Below are positions 1-9,194 of a DNA stretch of 64,000 nt, one piece after another. The notes beneath the pieces are model-generated. The model did no database searches. It worked only from the letters and a program-made list of their open reading frames with translations, and was not told where the DNA came from. The stretch is from Nitrosopumilus sp. (GTDB lineage Archaea; Thermoproteota; Nitrososphaeria; Nitrososphaerales; Nitrosopumilaceae). A program made the position numbers and the translations under genes. Each line of letters begins with the position of its first letter. The stretch's first letter is position 1. Location of the stretch: the NCBI GenBank assembly GCA_965223425.1, contig CBDCWS010000001.1:59098-123097 (forward strand), read 5' to 3'.

Positions 1-298
1 TATTTGCGGTGTTAAGTCAACCTCTCACATCAGAGAAGCAATAATACTCCATCATAAATTTGCCCGCACGCTCGGAATGGAAAGCGGTTTGACGGGTGTC
101 ATCAGAGTAGGATACCCTCGCTTTGCAGGTTGTGCGAGGCTTTGGCGGAAACCTTTGTTTTTCCGTGAAAACAGCCTGCTTTTATACAGAGGAAACCTTC
201 ACAACGGATGAAATAACTATTGAACCAACCTAACCAAAATGAGGCGGTGTGCTGCGGCGCATCACCTTGTTTTTTTATACACAGAGGGGCTATACCAA

Positions 299-653
299 AT
301 GAAATCAATCGAAGGCACTTCTAAATATCCTTTACAAGAAGCAAGGTATAAATATGCTACGGCAGTCCTTTTGTACTATGCAGCGGGATACGAGTCTCCT
401 ACTCCTGAATTATATGAATCAGCCACTCGTTTACTTGACCGAACACTAAAACTCATTCCTGATTTTTCAGATGCCTCTGATCTCAGAGAAGAAATATGGC
501 ACCGATTCCTTCGTCTATCAAAAGGCACAGATGAGCAAAATGAGCAATATAATGCCTACATTAAATCGGATGCGTGGGCTAAGAAAAGAGAAGAGAGGAT
601 GGAAACTGACGGATATACCTGTGCTTGTGGCAATCCTGCTGAAGAGGTCCATC
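299..653 (+). pseudogene. HNH endonuclease-domain protein, truncated by an insertion
   Basis: Reads YIKSDAWAKKREERMETDGYTCACGNPAEEVH, a typical HNH N-half. It breaks inside the expected HH motif exactly where an IS605-type end begins (654). Confidence 0.65.
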
Positions 654-1009
654 TTGACATACTCCCCAAACTAAAGCATGGGGATTCTTGAGAGTTTCCC
701 CAACGCTTGGCAGATTGTGGGATCAACAAGGGTTGCTTGCGATCACAACTCTGACACCCTCTCCTCCAGAGGACAACGCCCTGCCCTCTCGCCCGAAGGC
801 GACTTCGTATATCTGAGAGTGCTTGTTTCGGGATGCACCTTTAAGTGTCTTTCCCATTACACTCAAGTTTTCCTCCAGTATCTATCTGGTGTCAAAGACT
901 TCTACCGCTTGTGTCGCAACTTTACGTGAGTCCACTCGGTATGTAGCATCAGAACGCATGCTCACAACCCCACACGCGAGCGCGTGATCGAGTTACTATG
1001 TGTATTCTA
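654..1009 (-). mobile_element. IS200/IS605-family right-end remnant with no tnpB ORF; putative omega/reRNA scaffold
   Basis: The minus strand ends GAATCCCCATGCTTTAGTTTGGGGAGTATGTCAA (subterminal hairpin plus TCAA), preceded by GTCCTCTGGAGGAGAGGGTGTCAGA...CAACCCTTGTTGATCCC, as at tnpB 3' ends. Confidence 0.65.
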
Positions 1010-2105
1010 ACGTGAGTTCGGAATAAAGATCTAGTTAACGGTAACCGGTAAGTCCTTGATTTCATCAAGTGCTCGCAGATTCAGTGATGGTTTTTTCTCC
1101 TGCCAAGTATAAGCAATCAACGCACATACTGTGTTGACTTGAAAGTTGACGAAACTCCGGTGGCGGGTATGTTCAAGTTGACTCTGGTTCTTTAGTTGAT
1201 TAATAACCGACTCAACGAGCATCCGCTTTTTCAGCATGACTGCGTCGAAATCCGACAAGGGTTTGGGTTTCATATGCTTACGAACCTTGTAGACTCAGAA
1301 CAGACCTTGGGTTTCTAACGCCTCAGCGAGTTTCTGGGAAATATATCCCTTATCGCCATAAAGTTTTCCAAAGAGGCGTTGGGTCAACTTTGCGACGGGT
1401 CTGCGATCGTCTATGTTTGCGGGTGTTAACGCAACCCATAGAAGTTCGCCACGTTCGTTGATAACCAGATGGAGTTTGAACCCATAGAACCATCCCAGAG
1501 AGTTTTTTGAAAGTGCTGCCTCCTCAGCTCGGAAGTTGGAGAGGTTGCGAGGCTTCGGCTCGCAACCGATATATCGGCGGTTGGCTGAAACCCAACCGCC
1601 TCTTCAACTTCCGCAGAAGACGCGATGCGCCGGGATGCGTCGGTTCTTACAGACTGCCACCGGTGTTGAGTCAATGAATGAAAGACCGCTGCACTCTCGA
1701 AATCGCGTCTGAAGATAGACAGACAAGGGCAGCAATGCTTCTGACATGAGTTCAACGAAGCGGTTGTAGCTAACCAGGTATGGAAATGCCCATCGCAGCT
1801 GAACCGCAACATGCTTTTGGTAATAGTGCTTGAAACTTCGATACCGACTTTGATGAAAGTCTACGAGTATCGTCATCACCTCGCTAGTATGTAGGCGTCG
1901 GGTGCGTCGGCGTTTTTTCGCTGGATCCGAAACCGGTAGCGATCGTGGCATCATTTGTTTTTCAAACGCAAGAAAAAAGTCGTCAATCTCACAGAAAAGT
2001 GATATAATCGGCATGGAGAATTCCTTTGGGTAATGGGTTTAGCTTACCTCATTATACCAGAGGAGTTCTCTTTATACGACACCCTATTTTTTATCGAACT
2101 CACGT
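1010..2105 (-). mobile_element. IS982-family element with a pseudogenised transposase (1031-2014)
   Basis: TIRs ACGTGAGTTCG / CGAACTCACGT. Motifs SLFCEIDDF, FIDST, GWFYGFKLHL, GDKGY and ESVINQLK. In-frame stops at 1604 and ~1295. Confidence 0.9.
1530..1613. repeat. 84-bp multi-hairpin palindromic insertion (REP/MITE-like)
   Basis: Outer stem CGGAAGTTGGAGAGG/CCTCTTCAACTTCCG enclosing the hairpins GGTTGCGAG..CTCGCAACC and GGCGGTTGG..CCAACCGCC. It interrupts the transposase between HRVF and AALSK. Confidence 0.75.
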
Positions 2106-2206
2106 TAGTTTAACGCCTATAGATTTGAGTATACGGCTGATTACAGAGGAATCACACCTATATTTTTCTGCTATCCTAACTGTTGACTAAAGTTTGGACA
2201 ATATTA

Positions 2207-3246
2207 GACATTATAACGATTTAATTGTAGGTTTAGTTGGTTTATGATAAACTCAGAAGAAATACCGTCTTGGAGACCAACTGATGACCCGCTATGAAAC
2301 ACTCAAGACTAAACCAAAACGATTCCTGTCGCTGACAGGATATACACCCGAGGAGTTTTCGGCACTTCTTCCGTCCTTCTCCAAACGATTTTTAGAGTTC
2401 GTCGAAACACAGACGCTTGATGGCAAACGCCGAAAGAAGCGTCGGTACACTCTCTATAAAAACAGTTGCTTACCGAGTCGGGAAGATCAATTGCTCTTTA
2501 TTTTGATTTACCTGCGAAAAGCCATGACGCAAGATGTCCTTGGTGAACTCTTCGGTATGTCTCAACCTGTCGCCAACAAATGGATTCATCGACTCTTGCC
2601 TGTGTTGAATCGTGCTTTGGCAGACCTTGGAGAGTTGCCATCACGGGAGACGACTCTCTCAACTGTTGACGCATCTACGCAGATCTCGGCTAATACTCAG
2701 GCTTTGAAACACTTTTTTTCATGATGCCACGGAACGTCCGATTCAACGTCCAAAAGACGTAGAAGCACAACAGGCACATTACAGTGGTAAAAAGAAGCAA
2801 CACACCGTCAAGAATAACTTGATGATTAATACCGATAGCAAAGTGGTGTTATTGACGCCTTGCTATGAAGGCAGGATACACGACAAGCGCATCGCCGATA
2901 TGACGATCTATTTCCTGCCACGCGGTAGTTATTTGTATCAAGATTCAGGTTTTCAAGGTTTTTCAGTTCCGGGTGTCAAGATGATTCAACCAACGAAGAA
3001 ACCCAAAGGTCGAGATCTGACGGTTCAAGAGAAAGCGAAGAATCGCGAGATTTCGTCAATACGCATACGCATTGAACACGCTATTAGTGGTATCAAAAGA
3101 TACCGTATCGTCAAAGACAAGTTGCGCAACTACAAAAAAGGATTTACCGATTTAGTCATGGAAACTTGTTGTGGGTTACACAACTTTAGATTAAACTTCA
3201 GACCTTGGTCTTATCAGATACCTTGCGAGTAAATCATTATAATGTC
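2207..3246 (+). mobile_element. IS5-superfamily (HTH + DDE_Tnp_4-like) element; transposase split at a T7 run (2284-2724, then to 3232)
   Basis: TIRs GACATTATAACGATTTA / TAAATCATTATAATGTC with flanking TA. Motifs DATERP, YSGKKK, DSGFQG and RIRIEHAI. Confidence 0.85.
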
Positions 3247-3994
3247 TAATGACAAAATGGATGATGTTCTCACACTAAAACGCCAGCGCGAGATTCAAGA
3301 AGTAGTCAAGCGACTTAAAGCATTTAAACCTACCAAGATAGCACTTGAGGTGGATTCAAAGCGCGACACTGAAGTCAATGCAAAATATCAAGGTTATATG
3401 AATGGGACATATAAACTCAAGCGGGGCGAAGGAGATCAGATTGGGTTTCGATTGGCAAAAGAGATGGAACATTCAAAGGTATATTGTGTGGATCATTTCC
3501 GCGATGATCATATGATTCGGAAGGATCGGGATCCACGTTTGACAGACCGTAGGGCATTTGCAAAGGCGCATAATCAAGAGCATCTACTGTATACGCCGCC
3601 TGTTATCAATGGAAAAATGACAGAAGATGAAGAGGGTAAAACTTGGATTGAGTCTGAGAAATATGAGTCGATACTCGACATGTATATCCAACACAACCGA
3701 CCTGAATGGAACAATTTAAACCATCAGGCGTATCTACGACAGGCGCGTGTAGGGTTAGATGACGAATATCCGGGTGCGAATTGGCTGGCGTACTTTTGGT
3801 ATCCTCGGAATCTGAAAATCTTCGTAAATCTGACGCGGATCACTGAGTCTACCGGCGATCGAATTCTGCTAATTATCGGTGCTGGACATGGTTTCCTGAT
3901 TCGGCAGTTCCTTGAGGACTCAGGAGATTACATCCTCGAAAGTCCCCTGAAATACTTGAATGCGAGCGATGCAGAGAAATCTTCATCCGAGTAG
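3242..3994 (+). pseudogene. DUF5694-like protein, N-terminus lost at the IS boundary
   Basis: Motifs DDVLTLKRQREI, FKPTKIALE, WYPRNLKIF and ILLIIGAGH. The start codon lies inside the IS terminal repeat. Confidence 0.6.
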
Positions 3995-4070
3995 ACCGAT
4001 TGAGCGGATAATTTGCGGAACTCGTGTGGTGTGCTTACGCACTACTCCGATGCCTGATTCTATGTAACTA

Positions 4071-4220
4071 TTATCGCTTCCCATCCTTAAACCGTGCGAT
4101 AGTGTCCCGTTCGGCTAACTCTGCCTTGGCGTAATGGGCAGGCATCTCGGACAACTTCCAACGTCCTGCGACTTGCATATCGACGACGGTTGCCCCGGCT
4201 TGGGCAAGTGAGACGGCAGA
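4071..4220 (-). pseudogene. 3' remnant of a Cre-like tyrosine recombinase
   Basis: Translates to SAVSLAQAGATVVDMQVAGRWKLSEMPAHYAKAELAERDTIARFKDGKR*, nearly the same as the C-terminus of the gene at 17183. Confidence 0.9.
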
Positions 4221-4325
4221 GAGACTAATTGTTGTGTTGCTGAATGTAACGAAAATAGACGAATGTTATCTTCATAATGTGGTTTTGCGGAATATACACC
4301 AAAAACGCATCAAGCCGTCAGTCCA

Positions 4326-5099
4326 TCAAAAAGTGCTATATTTGGGATCCGTTTTTAGTGCTGCCCAAGTGATAGCGAGTTTTCCGGCACTTTCGACAGA
4401 TACACCGATGGTTGCTAGCTTTTTGATTTCATCGGCGTTGAGTGTGAGATTATAAATCATGACTTCGTCGATTACCCCTCGGAAATATCTGGCACCACAG
4501 CATTCATCCCAACCGAATTTTAGGTTCATGACTGTCTGTTGGATATGCTCAATCTCATTCACTGGAGTTTCAAGTGTGTCGGTCGCTGCGTGATAAACGT
4601 AACTTGTTGCTTTCTCGGGTTGAATCGTTATCGCGACGAAAGCCCATTCATCTTGCGGAATGCGCGGTGCGCCTTGCCAACCATAGGTATGTGCTGAATT
4701 ATTGTTCCATACATACGCCAAGGTGCCGTTCTCGGAAACTCCCATCCAGAACGGGGTTTGACTTCGGCCGACAACGATACCTGACCAGTCCTCGGTTTTC
4801 TAACCGTTGATCCAAGCACCTACCGTAATCGTGTCTGTAAGGAGATAAAACGCATCGTTAACGACGACATGTCCGTCAAACCCGTTAACTTCAACGGCAC
4901 CATTTACTTGACCATTGGCAGTCCACTTTGCCCCGTTCTTCAATTCAACATGGTTTCCATTACCGGATCTATCTTCCCCATTACCATCCAGTGGCCAGTA
5001 GCCGACAAGTCCTTCCATGAGTTCTGCCGCTGGGTCGTTGATACACCAAACGCTCATGGCGAATGCAAGGACAGTAATAACTCGCAAATTTTCTGACAC
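4326..5099 (-). pseudogene. Secreted LamG/concanavalin-like protein with an in-frame TAG at 4800-4802
   Basis: Signal peptide, LVGYWPLDG, FRGVIDEVMIYN and C-terminal SVESAGKLAITWAALK. The two ORF-track pieces share one frame. Confidence 0.8.
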
Positions 5100-5128
5100 T
5101 TCAGGTCTTCTCCTTGTTTGATATTATT

Positions 5129-5321
5129 GTGCGCTTGTGCCGCGTTCGGCGAGTTCAGTTTTAGCGTAGTGTGCTGGCATTTGTGAGGATTTCCAGCGTC
5201 CTGCGACTTGCATATCGACGACAGTTGCGCCGGCTTGTGCGAGCGAGACCGCTGAACCGACGCGCAGGGAATGCCCGGATATGAAACCATCCACGCCAGC
5301 ATCAGCTGCCCGCTTTTTGAT
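5129..5321 (-). pseudogene. Second 3' remnant of the same tyrosine recombinase
   Basis: Translates to GVDGFISGHSLRVGSAVSLAQAGATVVDMQVAGRWKSSQMPAHYAKTELAERG. Confidence 0.9.
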
Positions 5322-5363
5322 ATGCGTAGAATAAGTGTATGGGATGTATCCTGATTATCGCTA

Positions 5364-8345
5364 CTAATTGGATTCTTCAAGTGTAAAACGTAGCACGCCG
5401 CTGCCTATAGTGCCGACATAAAGCACATTTCTATCAACAGCGAGAGAGGTAATGAGGACGGGAATCGCCGGTGTAACTTGTTGCCATGTATCAGAATTCT
5501 CTTTCAGTTGATATACCTGTTGATTGCTTGTTCCATACACTGTTGTTCCGTCCACAGCGAATTTGTCTATAATGACTGGTGTGCCTTCCAGATCGGTTGC
5601 CGTATGCCAGTGCATCCCGTCGTCCGAATGTACGACACCCTTATCGGTTGCGACATAGACAGTTGATCCAGCAAAGACGATTGTGTTGAAGGCGGTAACA
5701 GAAAACGGGAGATCCGCGGTGACATCGCTCCACGTGTTTCCTTCATCAAAAGATTGAAAGAGGCGTCCATCGTGTTTGCCAACGTAAACGATTTCATCTA
5801 AGGCGGCAAGTTTGAGAGATAAGGTAGAAAAATCGCTTACACTATCAAAATCGTAAGTCGAATTACCTTCATCTGTTAATCCGGTATCATACCATTCAGT
5901 CATGCCGGGTTTCCATCTGAGGAGTTTCTGACCGAATGGCATATAGTAAGCAGAATTGCTGACGGCGAAACTCCCGAAAAGCGAGTACATAAGTTCAGCC
6001 AAGCTTTCCTCTATGATTTCACTGTAATCTTCACTGGATGTATCTACATTAACATCTTTAGTATTTAGTTTTTTCCTTTCTCCAATGTTTTTCTGGTCAT
6101 CATCTTGAACTGTTTCCGAAAACATATTTTTATTTTTTTCTTTTATCAACTCGTTATAGTCTGATATCTTTAAAACTGGCATTCCTGAGACAGAGAGTAA
6201 TGTGTTGTCCTCGGCAGATAGATGGAAAAGTTGAGGCGATATTTCTTTTACTCCTCTGGCATAAACCACATCCTCGAATTTCATAATACTTGTGACGTTG
6301 TCTATTCCAGCCGAAACATCGACCCACGATTCACCACCATCAGATGAAGAGACTAGCGTTCCTTCAATGTTCGCGTAGAGTACATTATCCGCAGAAACCA
6401 AATTTAGCACAGTTGTCTTTACCAAACCTGTATTAAATGGGTGCCATGTTCTGCCCGCATCGGTCGTGTGATAGATCCCAGACGTCCCGCTTTTGTAGAA
6501 AGTATTCGCATCCAAAGACACAAGCGTGGAGACGTCTCCTATATTCGGGGTATTTGCCCAAGTTTCACCTGAATCGTTTGAGTAATAAGTATTTCTTATG
6601 TCTACAATCAAAAGGTTATTTTCTGATGCTATCATTATAATGTCCAAAATCTTTTCTATTTCTGCCGTGTTAAAGTCAAAGCCATTTTCGTCTGAGGAAT
6701 CTATCTTCGTGAAGTCTAATGGCTGCCACGAATCGCCTAAATCCCCTGACCGATAAAGTGAGGGAGACACCTCATCTCTCTCTCTTATTGACATTGCTAT
6801 GAAGGACGGCGAAATGGTCTGACTCTTGGGCTCTCGTCCTACAACAACATAGAGTTGATCTTCAGCACTTGTTAATGCTCTAATATTCTCAGCATTTCCC
6901 ACTGATAAATGTTCCCAACCCTCTGAACGGCGACGATAGAGTCCAGCATCGGTCCCGACAAACAGTGTGTTTCCAATGGCGGTGATTGCATGAATCTTTC
7001 TATCACTAATGTCGTCGTTCAATGATGTCCAAGATTTCCCAGCATCTGCAGATTGGAATACACCATTAACAAGCCCTAAGTAAAGTGCCTCATCCGTTAT
7101 GACGATTCCAATTAACTGTCCCTCTGGGCGCGTTCCCAACATATTCCACGTCTCACCCCTATCAAGGGATGTGAGCACCTGTGTATCGGAGATGGCGTAG
7201 AGGGTATTATTCTGTTCTGTCATTTGCCACGATCCTTGAATAGGAATACTACTGTTGACACGACGCCACGCGTTTGTGTCGTCGGTTGATCTGTAGAGAT
7301 CTGTGTTTGCTACAGCGTAAAGATCTCTGTTAGATGCAATAAACAGATTTTGCACGCTACCGCCTTCGGGACCGCCTGTCTGTACCCATTGAGGACTTGG
7401 AGTCGGAATCTCTGTTGTGTCAACAGGTACTGTGGTAAAAAGCGATGCGTCTGGTTTCTGTCCTGCCCCTGGATTTTTACCCGGAGTATCTGAGTTTCCC
7501 GCTTGACTCCGAACCGCAGGTTTCGCGGGTGAATCTAAAACGAAAACCGCATCAATAATTTCAACCTTCGGTTCCGAAACAGCGTCGAGGCTGTAAGGCT
7601 TCTGGAAACGTGAGAGGTACTGTGTCCCAACACCCATCAGTAGGAAAATCAAAACAGCAGAAGCGGCAGAAAGTGCCAAAGGTGCTATAGGTTTACTCAC
7701 AGAGGTTGAAATCGGGGGCATACGCGAAACTTCGCGCATGATGTTTTCCGCCCACTGATCCGGGAGTTGGAAGCTCCCAAGATTGTGTTGAATCACGTCT
7801 TCCTCTGTTCTCAGGCGATTGCGTGCGCGACTGAGACGACTTTTAACCGTATTCTGGGAGACACCGAGAAACTCGCTAATGACTTTGATCGTCATCTCAC
7901 CGAGATAATAGAGCGTCATTACCGTCCGTTCACTTTCTGGCAGTTTTTCGAGCAGTTCCTTGACGACTTCGCGCCGCGTTTCATCAGCATCCGCTTCCCG
8001 TTTTTCTTCTACATATTGAGAATATGACACTTGATCCACCTCGCTAGCATCGGTTTCCTCCAAGGACTGTTCCGGTAGGGCACGCTTTCGGAGCCAATCA
8101 CGACTCATGTTCGCGGCAATCACATAGAGCCATCCCGGGAATTGCTTATGATTTTTCAATGTTCCGAGCTTCTCATACGCTTTGAGAAATGCATCTTGGG
8201 CAATCTCTTGCGCGATGTGAAAGTCGCCGACCTTCCGCCATACAAGCGCGTGTACCCCTTTCTGATACTTCTTAACTAACGGACCGAATGCGTCCTGATT
8301 TCCCTGTAATATCTGTTGAATGAGTTCAGCATCGCTTTGTGCCAC
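5364..8345 (-). CDS. ECF sigma factor fused to a TM helix and a BNR/Asp-box beta-propeller domain
   Basis: N-terminal sigma regions 2 and 4 (QDAFLKAY...FPGWLY; TVKSRLSRAR), a hydrophobic segment near aa 220-240, then repeated SxDxGxTW Asp-boxes. Confidence 0.9.
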   Translation of the reverse strand: MAQSDAELIQQILQGNQDAFGPLVKKYQKGVHALVWRKVGDFHIAQEIAQDAFLKAYEKLGTLKNHKQFPGWLYVIAANMSRDWLRKRALPEQSLEETDASEVDQVSYSQYVEEKREADADETRREVVKELLEKLPESERTVMTLYYLGEMTIKVISEFLGVSQNTVKSRLSRARNRLRTEEDVIQHNLGSFQLPDQWAENIMREVSRMPPISTSVSKPIAPLALSAASAVLIFLLMGVGTQYLSRFQKPYSLDAVSEPKVEIIDAVFVLDSPAKPAVRSQAGNSDTPGKNPGAGQKPDASLFTTVPVDTTEIPTPSPQWVQTGGPEGGSVQNLFIASNRDLYAVANTDLYRSTDDTNAWRRVNSSIPIQGSWQMTEQNNTLYAISDTQVLTSLDRGETWNMLGTRPEGQLIGIVITDEALYLGLVNGVFQSADAGKSWTSLNDDISDRKIHAITAIGNTLFVGTDAGLYRRRSEGWEHLSVGNAENIRALTSAEDQLYVVVGREPKSQTISPSFIAMSIRERDEVSPSLYRSGDLGDSWQPLDFTKIDSSDENGFDFNTAEIEKILDIIMIASENNLLIVDIRNTYYSNDSGETWANTPNIGDVSTLVSLDANTFYKSGTSGIYHTTDAGRTWHPFNTGLVKTTVLNLVSADNVLYANIEGTLVSSSDGGESWVDVSAGIDNVTSIMKFEDVVYARGVKEISPQLFHLSAEDNTLLSVSGMPVLKISDYNELIKEKNKNMFSETVQDDDQKNIGERKKLNTKDVNVDTSSEDYSEIIEESLAELMYSLFGSFAVSNSAYYMPFGQKLLRWKPGMTEWYDTGLTDEGNSTYDFDSVSDFSTLSLKLAALDEIVYVGKHDGRLFQSFDEGNTWSDVTADLPFSVTAFNTIVFAGSTVYVATDKGVVHSDDGMHWHTATDLEGTPVIIDKFAVDGTTVYGTSNQQVYQLKENSDTWQQVTPAIPVLITSLAVDRNVLYVGTIGSGVLRFTLEESN

Positions 8346-8384
8346 TACAAGTATCCTCCGGAATCATAATTGTCTCTTAATTTA

Positions 8385-8672
8385 CTAAACTTTGGACAAT
8401 TTTCAGTAAGTTGCTTGAAGCCGCGTGAAACCCAACGACTGTCATAGAATCTCTGCTTATGTTTTAGAATGCGGCGTATCCTTTCAGGGCACATAGCACT
8501 CCGCTGGCGTGCGAGGGTTTGTGTATACTTTTTCTATTCTCACTGTGAAGCAATAGCACTCCGCTGGCGTGCGGTATTTTTCTCAGAGTTCCGAGAGTTG
8601 TGAAACCTGCGGAAAAATACACAATCCTTTGAAAACTCAACTTGCACGTGACATGAATTGTCCAAACTTTAG
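8385..8672. mobile_element. 288-bp non-autonomous MITE
   Basis: 17-bp TIRs CTAAACTTTGGACAATT / AATTGTCCAAACTTTAG (1 mismatch). Exact 10-bp TSD TCTTAATTTA at 8375-8384 and 8673-8682. Internal 21-bp direct repeat at 8493 and 8553. Confidence 0.9.
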
Positions 8673-8681
8673 TCTTAATTT

Positions 8682-8713
8682 AGGTGACGTAATTTTAATA
8701 TCAAAAGGTTGCA
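8682..8713 (-). promoter_or_regulatory. ECF-type promoter facing the ECF fusion gene
   Basis: TGCAACC-N17-CGTCACCT, with boxes identical to those at 8869-8900. Confidence 0.7.
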
Positions 8714-8868
8714 AGCCTCATAGGGAATGTGGAAACGATCCGGAAATTAATGCTATTAAATGCGATCAAAGAAGCAGCAAACATCGTAATTTCAATTTTG
8801 TGTAAAGGCGTAAACCCGCGTGTGCATTGGGTTTGTTGGTAAACCGATGTCCTCGTTTTTCCACACGA

Positions 8869-8900
8869 TGCAACCTTCCCACAGCCGAAAATCGTCACCT
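8869..8900 (+). promoter_or_regulatory. ECF-type promoter facing the peptide/ABC/TolC operon
   Basis: TGCAACC-N17-CGTCACCT; the AAC and CGT cores match general ECF promoter architecture. Confidence 0.7.
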
Positions 8901-8995
8901 TAATCAAAGGCGGTTAGATTCAGCGAAGTTGCTACTGGCTATCTAAAAGCACTTCTATTTTATACGACACAACTTTCATTTTACAGGAGAAAACC

Positions 8996-9163
8996 ATGCG
9001 ATTTGTAATAATTAACCTGTTTCTGGTCTGTTTGCTACTGCTCGGCATCGGTTACCTTGCTTTCGGTGATGCTGTGTGTGTAACAAAACCTAAATCCAAC
9101 AATCACCTGTACATTCACCATGTAGACGCTATGTTCTGTGAAGTATCTTTAGAAACCTTCTGA
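8996..9163 (+). CDS. 55-aa small secreted peptide (below the ORF-track cutoff)
   Basis: RBS CAGGAG; MRFVIINLFLVCLLLLGIGYLAFG-DAVCVTKPKSNNHLYIHHVDAMFCEVSLETF; first ORF of the operon. Confidence 0.65.
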   Translation: MRFVIINLFLVCLLLLGIGYLAFGDAVCVTKPKSNNHLYIHHVDAMFCEVSLETF

Positions 9164-9194
9164 GATATATGCACGATTTAAGGAGATTTAGAAA

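Noticed and set aside
4800-4802. Stop-codon recoding (TAG in the LamG gene, TGA at ~49096)
   Set aside because: Both are single TGG-to-stop changes in a decaying region, and TAG and TGA end many intact genes here.
8493-8573. Mini-CRISPR (two 21-bp repeats 60 bp apart)
   Set aside because: There are only two copies, they lie inside a MITE, and they look like REP-type hairpins.
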